Source of the DNA: Deltaproteobacteria bacterium
GTDB taxonomy: Bacteria > Myxococcota_A > Polyangia > Polyangiales > Houyiibacteriaceae
Direction: 5' to 3'
Length of the DNA: 64,000 bases
Assembly (NCBI GenBank): GCA_034670305.1
Contig: JAXMNT010000030.1
Location: forward strand, 1-64,000
In this document: positions 28,828 through 37,741 of the stretch, piece after piece
How the letters are laid out: the number at the start of each line of letters is the position of its first letter
Position numbering within the stretch: the first letter of the stretch is position 1
Notes under the pieces: model-generated
The model's database searches: none
The model's input: only the letters and a program-made list of their open reading frames with translations
What the model was told of the DNA's origin: nothing
Made by a program: the position numbers and the translations under genes

Positions 28828-29151
28828 ATGGCCGACGCCAAGACGTTCTTCGACCAGATCATCCCCGAGAAGATCAAGACCGATCCCGAGAAGGCCAAGC
28901 AGGTCGACGCGATCTTCCTGTTCATCATCGAAGGCGACGGCGGTGGAAGCTGGACGCTCAACCTCAAGGACGAGCTCGGCGTGACCGAAGGCGACGCCGG
29001 CAACGCCGAATGCACCATCGAGTGCAGCTCCGAGAGCTGGAACCAGATCATGGAGAACCCGCAGGCCGCGATGCAGCTCTACTTCGCGAACGAGCTCAAG
29101 GTCTCGGGCAACGCGATGCTCGCCACCAAGCTCCAAGAGATCCTCAGCTAG
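28828..29151 (+). CDS. SCP2 sterol/lipid-binding domain protein
   Basis: FLFIIEGDGGGSWTLNL, AECTIE, NPQAAMQLYFANELKVSGNAMLATKL; SD AAGGAG. Confidence 0.88.
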   Translation: MADAKTFFDQIIPEKIKTDPEKAKQVDAIFLFIIEGDGGGSWTLNLKDELGVTEGDAGNAECTIECSSESWNQIMENPQAAMQLYFANELKVSGNAMLATKLQEILS

Positions 29152-29157
29152 CCGACT

Positions 29158-30321
29158 GTGCTCGCTGGTCTCTCTGGATCCGCGCTCGAGGGAGTGCGGA
29201 TCCTCGACCTCTCACGGCTCCTCCCGGGGCCGTTCGCGACGATGGTGCTCCGTGATCTCGGCGCATCGGTCGACAAGGTCGAAGACCCCCGCGGTGGGGA
29301 CTACATCCGCAACATGCCCCCGCAGGGACCCGACGGAGTCAACACCGTCTACTCCGTGCTCAACCGTGGCAAACGAAGCCTCGTGCTCGACCTCAAGACC
29401 GAGGAGGGGCGCGGGGTTTTTCGTTCGCTCATCGGCCACTACGACGTGCTCGTGGAGAGCTTCCGGCCCGGCGTGCTCGCCAAACTCGGGCTCGGGTACG
29501 AGTCGCTCCGCGCCCTGAACCCGAAGCTCATCTACTGCGCGATCACCGGCTACGGACAGGACGGCCCGGACGCGCACCGCGCCGGCCACGACCTGAACTA
29601 CCTCGCCCGCGCGGGTGTGCTCTCGTTCACCGGACCCGTGGGCGGACCGCCTCAGGTCCCAGGCGTGCAGGTGGCAGACATCGGCGGTGGTGCGCTCTAC
29701 GCGGTCATCGGGATCCTGGCCGCGCTCTCCGAACGCACCCGGTCGGGGGAAGGTCGACTCGTCGACATCTCGATGTGTGAAGGCGCGGCGACGTTCGCGA
29801 TGTTTGGGTTCGGCGGCGTGAGCGCGCAGTGGAAGCCGCCGCCCGGCGGCGACGTGTTGATGGGCGGCATCGCGCCCTACCGGACCTACCTCACGAAGGA
29901 CGGCGGCGTGGTCGCGCTGGCGTCGCTGGAACCGAAATTCTGGATCGCGTTCTGCACTGCCATCGGGCGTACGCCGGAACTGCAGGCGATGGCGCCTGGC
30001 CCGCACCAGCCGGCGTTGATGGCGGAGCTCGAAGGCATCTTCGCCGCGCAGACCACCGACGCGTGGAAGACCTTCGCCGCGGCCAACGACTGCTGCATCG
30101 AGGTCGTGCCGCACGCCGACGAGGTCTTCGAGGACCCGCAGCACGTGGCGCGCGGCCTGTTCGAAGAACGCGCGGGTGTGACCCACATGCGCACCCCGGT
30201 CGCGCCGATGGCCCCTGGTCCCGCACCCACGCAGGGCGCAGACACGGACGCAATTCTCGAAGAAGCCGGCATCGACGCGACCGCGCGCGCAGCTTTGCGG
30301 ACCGCTGGCGCCATTCGCTGA
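29158..30321 (+). CDS. CaiB/BaiF class III CoA-transferase / alpha-methylacyl-CoA racemase
   Basis: ILDLSRLLPGPF, NRGKRSLVLDLK, ESFRPGV, GYGQDGP...AGHDLNY, ADIGGG. Confidence 0.92.
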   Translation: MLAGLSGSALEGVRILDLSRLLPGPFATMVLRDLGASVDKVEDPRGGDYIRNMPPQGPDGVNTVYSVLNRGKRSLVLDLKTEEGRGVFRSLIGHYDVLVESFRPGVLAKLGLGYESLRALNPKLIYCAITGYGQDGPDAHRAGHDLNYLARAGVLSFTGPVGGPPQVPGVQVADIGGGALYAVIGILAALSERTRSGEGRLVDISMCEGAATFAMFGFGGVSAQWKPPPGGDVLMGGIAPYRTYLTKDGGVVALASLEPKFWIAFCTAIGRTPELQAMAPGPHQPALMAELEGIFAAQTTDAWKTFAAANDCCIEVVPHADEVFEDPQHVARGLFEERAGVTHMRTPVAPMAPGPAPTQGADTDAILEEAGIDATARAALRTAGAIR

Positions 30322-30356
30322 CACGCCAAGTGCAACCTGCGGGTAGACTGCAGCGC

Positions 30357-30989
30357 ATGGCACGGCCGGTAGATGCGGATTCCGCCGAGACCTACGAGTC
30401 GATCGTCGCAGCGGCTCGAACGCTCCTCGCGGAACATGGCGACGTGGACTCGGTGAGCCTGCGCAAGGTAGCGGCGGTGGCTTCGGTGAGTCTTGGCACC
30501 ATCCAGTACTACTTCGAGAACAAGAACGCGCTGCTCGAGGCGTGCCTCGATGGCTACTACGCGCGGCTGACCGCGCTCGTGGGTCGGCTGATCCCAGCGT
30601 CGACGGATCCCAAGCGAACTGGCCGCCCGTTCATCGAGTACATCGCGCGCGAGCTGTTCGACTTCGCCTGTCAGGAGCGGGCGCTGGTCAAACTCCGTGT
30701 CTCGACGAACGCCAAACGGGGCGAGCTGCACCCGAAGCGCCAGGCGGAGTTCATGGGCGGCATGATCAAAGCCGCTGCAGAGGGCCTCGAGCCGCACATC
30801 GAACTCTCGGGACCCGCCGCGCGCCTCGCGATTCAATCCGCCGCGTCCGTCATGTCGCGCATGGCTGTGCTGACCGAGTCCGAACGCAAGACGCTGACCG
30901 ACCGCACGGGTCCCGAAGCCCACCGGGCGATCGAAGAGCACGTGGTGGAGGCCGTTGTCGCGCTGCTTCGACCGAAGCGGGCGAGTTAG
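30357..30989 (+). CDS. TetR/AcrR family regulator
   Basis: SLRKVAAVASVSLGTIQYYFENKNALL helix-turn-helix. Confidence 0.9.
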   Translation: MARPVDADSAETYESIVAAARTLLAEHGDVDSVSLRKVAAVASVSLGTIQYYFENKNALLEACLDGYYARLTALVGRLIPASTDPKRTGRPFIEYIARELFDFACQERALVKLRVSTNAKRGELHPKRQAEFMGGMIKAAAEGLEPHIELSGPAARLAIQSAASVMSRMAVLTESERKTLTDRTGPEAHRAIEEHVVEAVVALLRPKRAS

Positions 30990-31084
30990 AGCGCGGCCGC
31001 CTTGGACTGGCAAGGCCTTGACCGAACGTCAGGACCCAGGGCAGGGGGCGCGACCACCGGCGCGATCTCCTGTAGGTTGCCACC

Positions 31085-31525
31085 GTGTTCTGGGTCCTCC
31101 TTCAAGCTCGGCCAGAGGCCACCCTCCCCGGAGGGTACGGCGCGGCACTCGTGCAAACGTTGCTGGCACTCGGTGGTGTGTGTGTGTTGGCGTGGGTGGT
31201 CCTGCGCTGGGCTTCGCGACGCGGACTCGGTGTCGGTCGTGGGCAGCGCATCAAGGTCGTCGAGCGCGTCCCGCTCGATGCACGCCGCGCGCTCTTTCTG
31301 GTGGAGGTCGGCGGCAAGATGTTGCTGGTCGCGACGGGCGATGGTGCACCGACGCTGTTGACCGAACTGGATCCCGCCGACGTGCCAACGCCCGAAAAGC
31401 CAGCGTCGTTCGCAGACGTACTCAAACGCATTCGCAAACCACTCGATGGCACCGAGGATCACAAGGGCTCGACCGATCCCGAAGACGAGGACTCGGAAGT
31501 TGACGATGTCTCCAAAGCGAGCTGA
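31085..31525 (+). CDS. fliO: FliO-like flagellar/T3SS export accessory protein
   Basis: N-terminal TM, then IKVVERVPLDARRALFLVEVGGKMLLVATGDG..TLLTEL. Confidence 0.7.
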   Translation: MFWVLLQARPEATLPGGYGAALVQTLLALGGVCVLAWVVLRWASRRGLGVGRGQRIKVVERVPLDARRALFLVEVGGKMLLVATGDGAPTLLTELDPADVPTPEKPASFADVLKRIRKPLDGTEDHKGSTDPEDEDSEVDDVSKAS

Positions 31526-33089
31526 CGTGCGCCTTCGGTCCTGGATCGTGGTGTTCTCTGCGCTCGCGACGTTGGGGTGTGGAGACGATGACGGAGGCGG
31601 TGTCGATGCGGGTCCGATCGACGCCGACAGCCTCGGGGCCGCAGAGCTCTTGCCGCAGATGACCGACCTCGACACGCTCGCGGCCGGCCGGGGCGACTAC
31701 CGCTCGCTGCTCGCATCTTCCTACAACCGCATGTCGACGCGGCCCGGCGACGAGACCTGGTTCGCCAACGGCGACAAGGGCCACTTCCAGAGCCACATCA
31801 CGGTCGACGGTCGCGGAGAACACGTCCTGCTCGAAGTGGAGGGCGCGGGGGTGCTGGAACGCATCTGGTCCGCCAACCCGCAGGGCACCCTGCGCATCTA
31901 CCTCGACGACTTCGAGACGCCCGCGATCGAAGCCAACATGGAGGCGCTGCTCGGAGGCGACGACCCGCGCTTCCCCGAGCCGTTCGCGTACGTGGCCGCG
32001 CGTGGGTTCAACTTCTACTTCCCGATCGGGTTCTCGCAGCGGATCCGCGTGACCACCGACGAAGGCGACGTCGACCGAGAGGGCGGGATCGATTCGCTCT
32101 ACTTCCACGTCGGCTACCGGCTCTACCCCGGCACCCCCGTCGAGACCTGGACCGCCGCCGCGCACGAAGCGCGGCTCTCGGAAGTGCGCGCGCTCGGCGC
32201 GGAGTTGCTGGCGCCGCCCGCGGCCACCAGCCTCCGGAGCGCGCTGCTCGGTCCGATGCCCACCGTGTTCGAAGCGACCGGGGGCGCCGCCATCCGCGAA
32301 CTCCGCATCGAGGCACCCGTCGACGAGTCCCTGCTGCGGAGCGCGGTGGTCTCGATCGCGTTCGATGGACGCGAGACCGTGCGTGCACCGCTCGGAGACT
32401 TCTTCGGGTCCGGCCCGGAGCTGCAAGTCTTCAAGACCTACCCACTCGAGGTCACGGCCGACCGCGTCATGATCTGCCGGTTCGTGATGCCGTTCCGCGA
32501 CTCGGCGGCGATCACGATCGAGAGCGAAGGCGACCTCTCGTTCCCGGCCGAAGTGGCGCTCGGCGGCTGGACCTTCGGACCCGGTCAGTACTTCCACGCG
32601 AAGTGGCGGGACTTCGGCCAGATCGACGCGCAGCCCCGCCGCGACCTCACCCTCGGCACCCTCACCGGCAACGGCCGACTGGTCGGGCTGCTCTTCGAAG
32701 TCGCCAACCCCTCGCTCGCGTGGTGGGGCGAAGGCGACGAGAAGATCTTCGTCGACGACGACATGTTCCCGAGCTGGTTCGGCACCGGCACCGAGGACTA
32801 CTTCGGATACGCCTACACGGACCTCGAACTCTTCGACCGTCCGTACCACGCGCAGACTCGGACCGGCGCGGACACCCAGGTCGGCCACATCTCGAACCTG
32901 CGCCTGCACGTGCTCGACCCGATCCCGTTCGAGAGCCGCCTTCAGTTCGACATGGAACTCTGGCACTGGGCCGAGACCGAGCTCTCGGTGCAAGCGCTGA
33001 TGTACTGGTACGGCGAGACCACGGACGACTTCGAACCCCTCGAACCAGGCAGCATCGCCATCCCGGTCGAAGCCCTCGTCGGAGGCTGA
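31506..33089 (+). CDS. DUF2961 / glycoside hydrolase family 172 lipoprotein
   Basis: Lipobox TLGC; RIWSANP...LRIYLD; APLGDFFG; WWGEGDEKIFVD...GTGTEDYFG. Confidence 0.85.
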   Translation: MSPKRADVRLRSWIVVFSALATLGCGDDDGGGVDAGPIDADSLGAAELLPQMTDLDTLAAGRGDYRSLLASSYNRMSTRPGDETWFANGDKGHFQSHITVDGRGEHVLLEVEGAGVLERIWSANPQGTLRIYLDDFETPAIEANMEALLGGDDPRFPEPFAYVAARGFNFYFPIGFSQRIRVTTDEGDVDREGGIDSLYFHVGYRLYPGTPVETWTAAAHEARLSEVRALGAELLAPPAATSLRSALLGPMPTVFEATGGAAIRELRIEAPVDESLLRSAVVSIAFDGRETVRAPLGDFFGSGPELQVFKTYPLEVTADRVMICRFVMPFRDSAAITIESEGDLSFPAEVALGGWTFGPGQYFHAKWRDFGQIDAQPRRDLTLGTLTGNGRLVGLLFEVANPSLAWWGEGDEKIFVDDDMFPSWFGTGTEDYFGYAYTDLELFDRPYHAQTRTGADTQVGHISNLRLHVLDPIPFESRLQFDMELWHWAETELSVQALMYWYGETTDDFEPLEPGSIAIPVEALVGG

Positions 33090-33098
33090 CCTCAGCCA

Positions 33099-33140
33099 GC
33101 CCCTTGCCCCTGCCCCTGCCCTTGCCCTTGCCCTTGCCCG
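33099..33140. repeat. (TGCCCY)n hexamer tract between convergent genes, G-rich on - strand
   Basis: gccccttgcccctgcccctgcccttgcccttgcccttgccc. Confidence 0.85.
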
Positions 33141-33174
33141 CGCCCAGCCGGTCCGCGGCCGCGCTTGCGACCTC

Positions 33175-34389
33175 TTACGAAGCCGCGTTCAGCCAGTAGG
33201 TTTTCATCTGGCCTTTGCCTTTGACTTCGATGACGCCGCGTTCTTCGATCTCGAAGCCATCGAGTTCAGCCAGCGCCAGTGCGGTCTTCTCGCTCACGTG
33301 CACGCGGCCGGGCGATCCGTGCGACTCCATGCGCGACGCGGTATTCACCGCGTCGCCCCAGAGATCGTAGGCGAACTTGGACTTGCCGATCACGCCGGCC
33401 ACCACCGGTCCAGTGTGCAGTCCGATGCGGATCTGAAGCGCTTCGCCGGAGTCCTCGGCGTACTGGGCCAGCGCATCCCGCATCTCGATCGCGAGGCGCG
33501 CCATCTCAGCCGCGTGGTCGTCGGTCGGTTCGGGGATGCCGCCGCCGCACATGTACGCGTCGCCGATGGTCTTGATCTTCTCGAGCCCGCGCGCGGTGAC
33601 CAGATCGTCGAACATGGCGAACACTTCGTCGAGCATCACCACGAGCTCTGTGGCCGATTTCTTCTGCGCGAGCCCGGTGAACCCCACGAGGTCCGCGAAC
33701 AGAATCGTCGCTTCGGTGAACGAGTCCGCGACGACCCCGGGGGATTCGCGAAGTCGGTCGACGATCGGCTCCGGCAGGATCCCGAAGAGCAGCCGCTCGG
33801 TCCGTTCGGCCGACTCCGAGAGCGCGTCCTCGGCGATCTCCGCGCCCTTGCGGTAGAAGACGATGAACACCCAGAGGATCGCGAATGAAGAGATCGCGTT
33901 GCCCAGCCCGAGGTAGAGGGTGACCGTCTCCGGAAGGGGATACGCCGGGGTGTGGTCCGCGTAGTGATGGAGAACGAAGAGCGCCGCGAATGTACCCACC
34001 GGCACCATCGCGAACAGTGCCCCGATGCGGGTGCTGACCCGCGGCAGCATCAGACTCAGCGGCGCGACCGTCAGCAGGTAGAACTGAAACCCCACGCCCC
34101 AGCCGCAGTAGTACACACCGAGCGATTGGTGAATGACCACCTCGCCGACCGAGAGCGCGAGGCCGAACGCCAGTTGTCCGCGCTTCATGATCGAGCGCGC
34201 GAAGACGAAGGTGAGGATGCTCAGCACGTTGAGCGCGGCCATCGGCCAGATCTGCAGCAGGCTGAAGGTCACCAGCAAGGACGCATGGATCACGATCGCG
34301 ACGCCGGTGATCGTCTCGTAGGGCAACTGGGCGCGGCGCGTCTCGCGCGCTGCCCCGATGAGCTCCCGAACCGTCTCTGGCTGCCCCAC
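33175..34389 (-). CDS. Membrane-bound class III adenylate cyclase
   Basis: About 6 TM segments; FADLVGFT, KIKTIGDAYM, GVIGKSKFAYDLWGDAVNTASRMES (K/D indicate ATP specificity). Confidence 0.92.
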   Translation of the reverse strand: MGQPETVRELIGAARETRRAQLPYETITGVAIVIHASLLVTFSLLQIWPMAALNVLSILTFVFARSIMKRGQLAFGLALSVGEVVIHQSLGVYYCGWGVGFQFYLLTVAPLSLMLPRVSTRIGALFAMVPVGTFAALFVLHHYADHTPAYPLPETVTLYLGLGNAISSFAILWVFIVFYRKGAEIAEDALSESAERTERLLFGILPEPIVDRLRESPGVVADSFTEATILFADLVGFTGLAQKKSATELVVMLDEVFAMFDDLVTARGLEKIKTIGDAYMCGGGIPEPTDDHAAEMARLAIEMRDALAQYAEDSGEALQIRIGLHTGPVVAGVIGKSKFAYDLWGDAVNTASRMESHGSPGRVHVSEKTALALAELDGFEIEERGVIEVKGKGQMKTYWLNAAS

Positions 34390-34479
34390 GCGCGCAGACT
34401 ATCTTAGTCCTGTGCCGCCGCGCGAACCCGCGCTTCACCGCGCCTGGTTCCATGGGGAAGAACTCCGGCCATCCGAGGT

Positions 34480-37400
34480 ATGACTTCGGCGATGGACCGA
34501 CACGCCGCAGAAGCGACCCTCGCCGAGTTCGGCTACGACGCCCGCCAGCTGGACCTCAACGCCCGCCACGGGTTCCTACAGTCTGCGAAGAACGGACCGC
34601 TGCGACTCATGGAAGCGTTCATCGTGTGCGGCATCCCGATGCGCGCCGCGTCCGACCGAGAGCCACCGATCATCAAAGCGGCCGAGTCTGGACTGCTTGC
34701 CCACGTGGAACTGGTGCTCGCCCACGGTGGCTCGCTCGACACACTCGACATCGCAGGCGACACCGCCCTGCACACCGCCGTCAACTGGGGGCACGAGACG
34801 CTGGTCGAACAACTCTGCGCGATGGGGGCCAAGACGGATACATCCAACAAGGGCAACTGGAGTCCGCTGGGTCAGGCCGTGCACAAGGAGAAGGTCGCCA
34901 TCGTGGAGACCCTGCTCGCGGCTGGCGCCGATCCGAACTTCGGGGGGACACCCAGCACTGTGCCGCTCGCATTCGCCAAGGACGCGGCGATGGTCGAACG
35001 GCTGCTCGCGGCCGGCGCGGATCCGAACGTCCTGCTCAGCCCAGCCACGGGCAACCACCTGCTGATCTCGCGGGCGCTCGGCGGCAAGTTGGATGTCGTG
35101 CGCGCGCTGCTCGCGCACGGCGTCGAGGACCGCCCGAACCGGGCCGGGTGGACCGCCGCGATGGTGGCGCACGATCCGGCGTGTTCCGTGAACGGGCTGG
35201 CGGCGCTCTTCCCAGAGGCGGAGCTGCCAGAAACGCCCCGCGCCGACACCCGGCTGCACCGCGCCGCAACCGCCGGTGCGGTCGACCAGGTGCGCGCGCT
35301 GCTCGACGAGGGCCTCGCGATCGACGGACCGAACGCATACGGAACCACCCCGCTCTTCAGTGCGTGCTCGAAGAAGCACTGGGGCGTGGCCGAGCTGCTG
35401 CTCGAGCGCGGCGCCGACGCGTCGATCGCCAACCACTTCGCGAACTCGGCGCTGACCTTTGCCGCCCAGGCCGGTGAGCCCCGCTGGGTGCGGACGCTGT
35501 TGCACGCCGGCGCGCCCGCCAACGAAGCGATCCCTCACGGGGAGGAAGCCCCGCGCTCGCTCGCGCTCGTGCTGGCTGCCGCCGCCGGTCACCTGGAGGT
35601 GGTGCGGGCACTGGTCCTATCGGGCGCGTCGTTCGCGAGCCGCGACAAGTTCGAACAGACCGCGGTGTTTCTCGCCGCGTCCAAGGGACACCCCGAGGTG
35701 CTTCGGTTCCTGCTCGATGCCGGCGCGGACGCCAACGTCGGCGGACGCGAGACCACGTCGCCGCTCCACATCGCGGTCGGCGCACAGCGGGTCGCCTGCG
35801 TGGCGCTGCTCTGCGAGCGCGGCGCGGATCTGGAGGCGCTCGAGACGCTCGGCCGCACGCCGCTGCACCGCATCGCGGACGCGTACAACAACACCAAAGT
35901 CGAGTACGGCGAAGTCGCACGCATCCTGCTCGAGGCCGGCGCCGACCATCTGCGTCTGGACGACTTCGGCCGGACCCCGTTGGACATCGCGATCACCACG
36001 AAGAACCAACCCGTCCTCGACGCGATGCTCACGTTCTTGCTCGACGACTGGGTGGCCGAACACACCCGGCGGAAGAAGGTGGACTGGGCGGCGCTGGTGC
36101 CCGACGTCACGCCCGTGCACCTCAAGGCCTGGATGCACCGCGACGCGAGCGACGCGATCGAGGCACTGCTGGACACTGGCCTCGACCCGGGCCTCTTTGC
36201 GGTCGGGAAACATCCGCTGCTGCACGCCGCGCTCGGTCGCAAGACTCCGGAGCTGGCCACGATGTTGTTGGATCATGGCGTGGATCCCTGGTGTGAGTCG
36301 GACACCGGCACCACGACATTGATGATCGCTGCGGGCAAGGGGCACCTGGCGCTCGTGGAGCGGCTCTTGCGACTCGGCCTCGATCCGAACGCGATGACGG
36401 TCGACTACGCGTCGACCCCGCTCACCCGGGCAGCGTCTTCGGGCAGCCTCGAAGTGGTCCAGGTCCTGCTGCAAGCGGGCGCCGAGGTGAACCCGTTGCG
36501 GGGTGGGTGGACGCCGCTGATGCGCGCGGCGCAGGCGAAGCACCCGGAGATCGTCCGGCTGCTGCTGGAGCACGGCGCGGACGCCAACGTCGTCAGCAGC
36601 CAGAAGACTTCCGCGCTCGATGTCGCGCAGAAGGGCAAGGCGGAGGACATCGTTGCGCTCTTGGCCGAGGTCACCCAGCCCGACCTCCGGGACGCGGCCG
36701 GCAGCACCGCGCTGCTGCGCGCGTGCGTGAAAGGAGACCTGTCGGTGGCGGCGCGGTTGCTCGAAGGCGGCGCCGACCCCGACGCGAAGAACGAGGACGG
36801 GGAGACGCCGCGCAGTGTGGGGGCACGACGGGCGAAGGTGGCGGCGCTTCTCGGAGAGACACACACCCCATGGTCGGCGTCCACAGTCGATGCCGGCGAA
36901 CCGTTCGTGAATCTGTGGCGGAGCGAGGGTCGGTCCGAGTTCCTCTCCGACAGCGGGCTTCCTCCGGACGTCGAGGCGCGCAGCGCGCGGGGCGACACCG
37001 CGCTCCACATCGCGGTGTTGCTGCAGGATCGAGCCCTGGTCGTGTCCCTGTTGGAACGAGGCGCGGATCCGAACGCGAAGAACACCGTCGGCGACACCCC
37101 GTGGTCGCTGAGCATGCGAAACCGCGCCCTCGAAGAAGCCCTGCGGGGGCACGGCGCCAAGATCGACGTGAACCAGCAGGTCGTCACGGCGACGAGCGAC
37201 GAGACCTTCCGGCGAGCGATGTCGTTGGGCGATCTGCGCCGCGTGGCGGAACAGTTGGTGGACCAGGCGGTTCATCCGCACGTGCTCGGGCGGTGGTCGA
37301 CGCCGCTCTCCCTGGCGGTACGCGCGGAGGACGCCGAGATGGTGTCGATGTTGCTCGAGATGGGGTGCGACCCCTTCGCCCGCGTGACGGGCCGCTCGCT

Positions 37401-37680
37401 CCTGGAGGAGGCGGCCGGCAAAGGGAACGCCCCGGTGCTCCGATCGTTGCTGGCCGGTGGGGTCCAGATCGACGAAGCGGCCCTCTCGACCGCCGCGCGG
37501 TTCGGGCGAGCGGAAGCGCTGGGTGTGTTGCTGGAAGCAGGCGCGAAGCCGGTGCTGGATCTGGAGCCGCTCGGCGCCGAGGCGCTGCGGGTCTGGATCG
37601 ACGTGCTCTTGGAACGGGATCTCTTCGACGAAGCCCGGGGGGCGACCGCTCAGCTGCGCACCGTCGCGGCTCGAGGTTGA
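34480..37680 (+). CDS. Large ankyrin-repeat protein (1066 aa)
   Basis: More than 20 G.T(A/P)LH..A...LL..GAD.N repeats. Confidence 0.92.
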   Translation: MTSAMDRHAAEATLAEFGYDARQLDLNARHGFLQSAKNGPLRLMEAFIVCGIPMRAASDREPPIIKAAESGLLAHVELVLAHGGSLDTLDIAGDTALHTAVNWGHETLVEQLCAMGAKTDTSNKGNWSPLGQAVHKEKVAIVETLLAAGADPNFGGTPSTVPLAFAKDAAMVERLLAAGADPNVLLSPATGNHLLISRALGGKLDVVRALLAHGVEDRPNRAGWTAAMVAHDPACSVNGLAALFPEAELPETPRADTRLHRAATAGAVDQVRALLDEGLAIDGPNAYGTTPLFSACSKKHWGVAELLLERGADASIANHFANSALTFAAQAGEPRWVRTLLHAGAPANEAIPHGEEAPRSLALVLAAAAGHLEVVRALVLSGASFASRDKFEQTAVFLAASKGHPEVLRFLLDAGADANVGGRETTSPLHIAVGAQRVACVALLCERGADLEALETLGRTPLHRIADAYNNTKVEYGEVARILLEAGADHLRLDDFGRTPLDIAITTKNQPVLDAMLTFLLDDWVAEHTRRKKVDWAALVPDVTPVHLKAWMHRDASDAIEALLDTGLDPGLFAVGKHPLLHAALGRKTPELATMLLDHGVDPWCESDTGTTTLMIAAGKGHLALVERLLRLGLDPNAMTVDYASTPLTRAASSGSLEVVQVLLQAGAEVNPLRGGWTPLMRAAQAKHPEIVRLLLEHGADANVVSSQKTSALDVAQKGKAEDIVALLAEVTQPDLRDAAGSTALLRACVKGDLSVAARLLEGGADPDAKNEDGETPRSVGARRAKVAALLGETHTPWSASTVDAGEPFVNLWRSEGRSEFLSDSGLPPDVEARSARGDTALHIAVLLQDRALVVSLLERGADPNAKNTVGDTPWSLSMRNRALEEALRGHGAKIDVNQQVVTATSDETFRRAMSLGDLRRVAEQLVDQAVHPHVLGRWSTPLSLAVRAEDAEMVSMLLEMGCDPFARVTGRSLLEEAAGKGNAPVLRSLLAGGVQIDEAALSTAARFGRAEALGVLLEAGAKPVLDLEPLGAEALRVWIDVLLERDLFDEARGATAQLRTVAARG

Positions 37681-37741
37681 CGGTGCCGAGGTCGCGGCCC
37701 CTGGCGCGGTTGCCCGGACCTGGCTACAACCACCGACCCTC

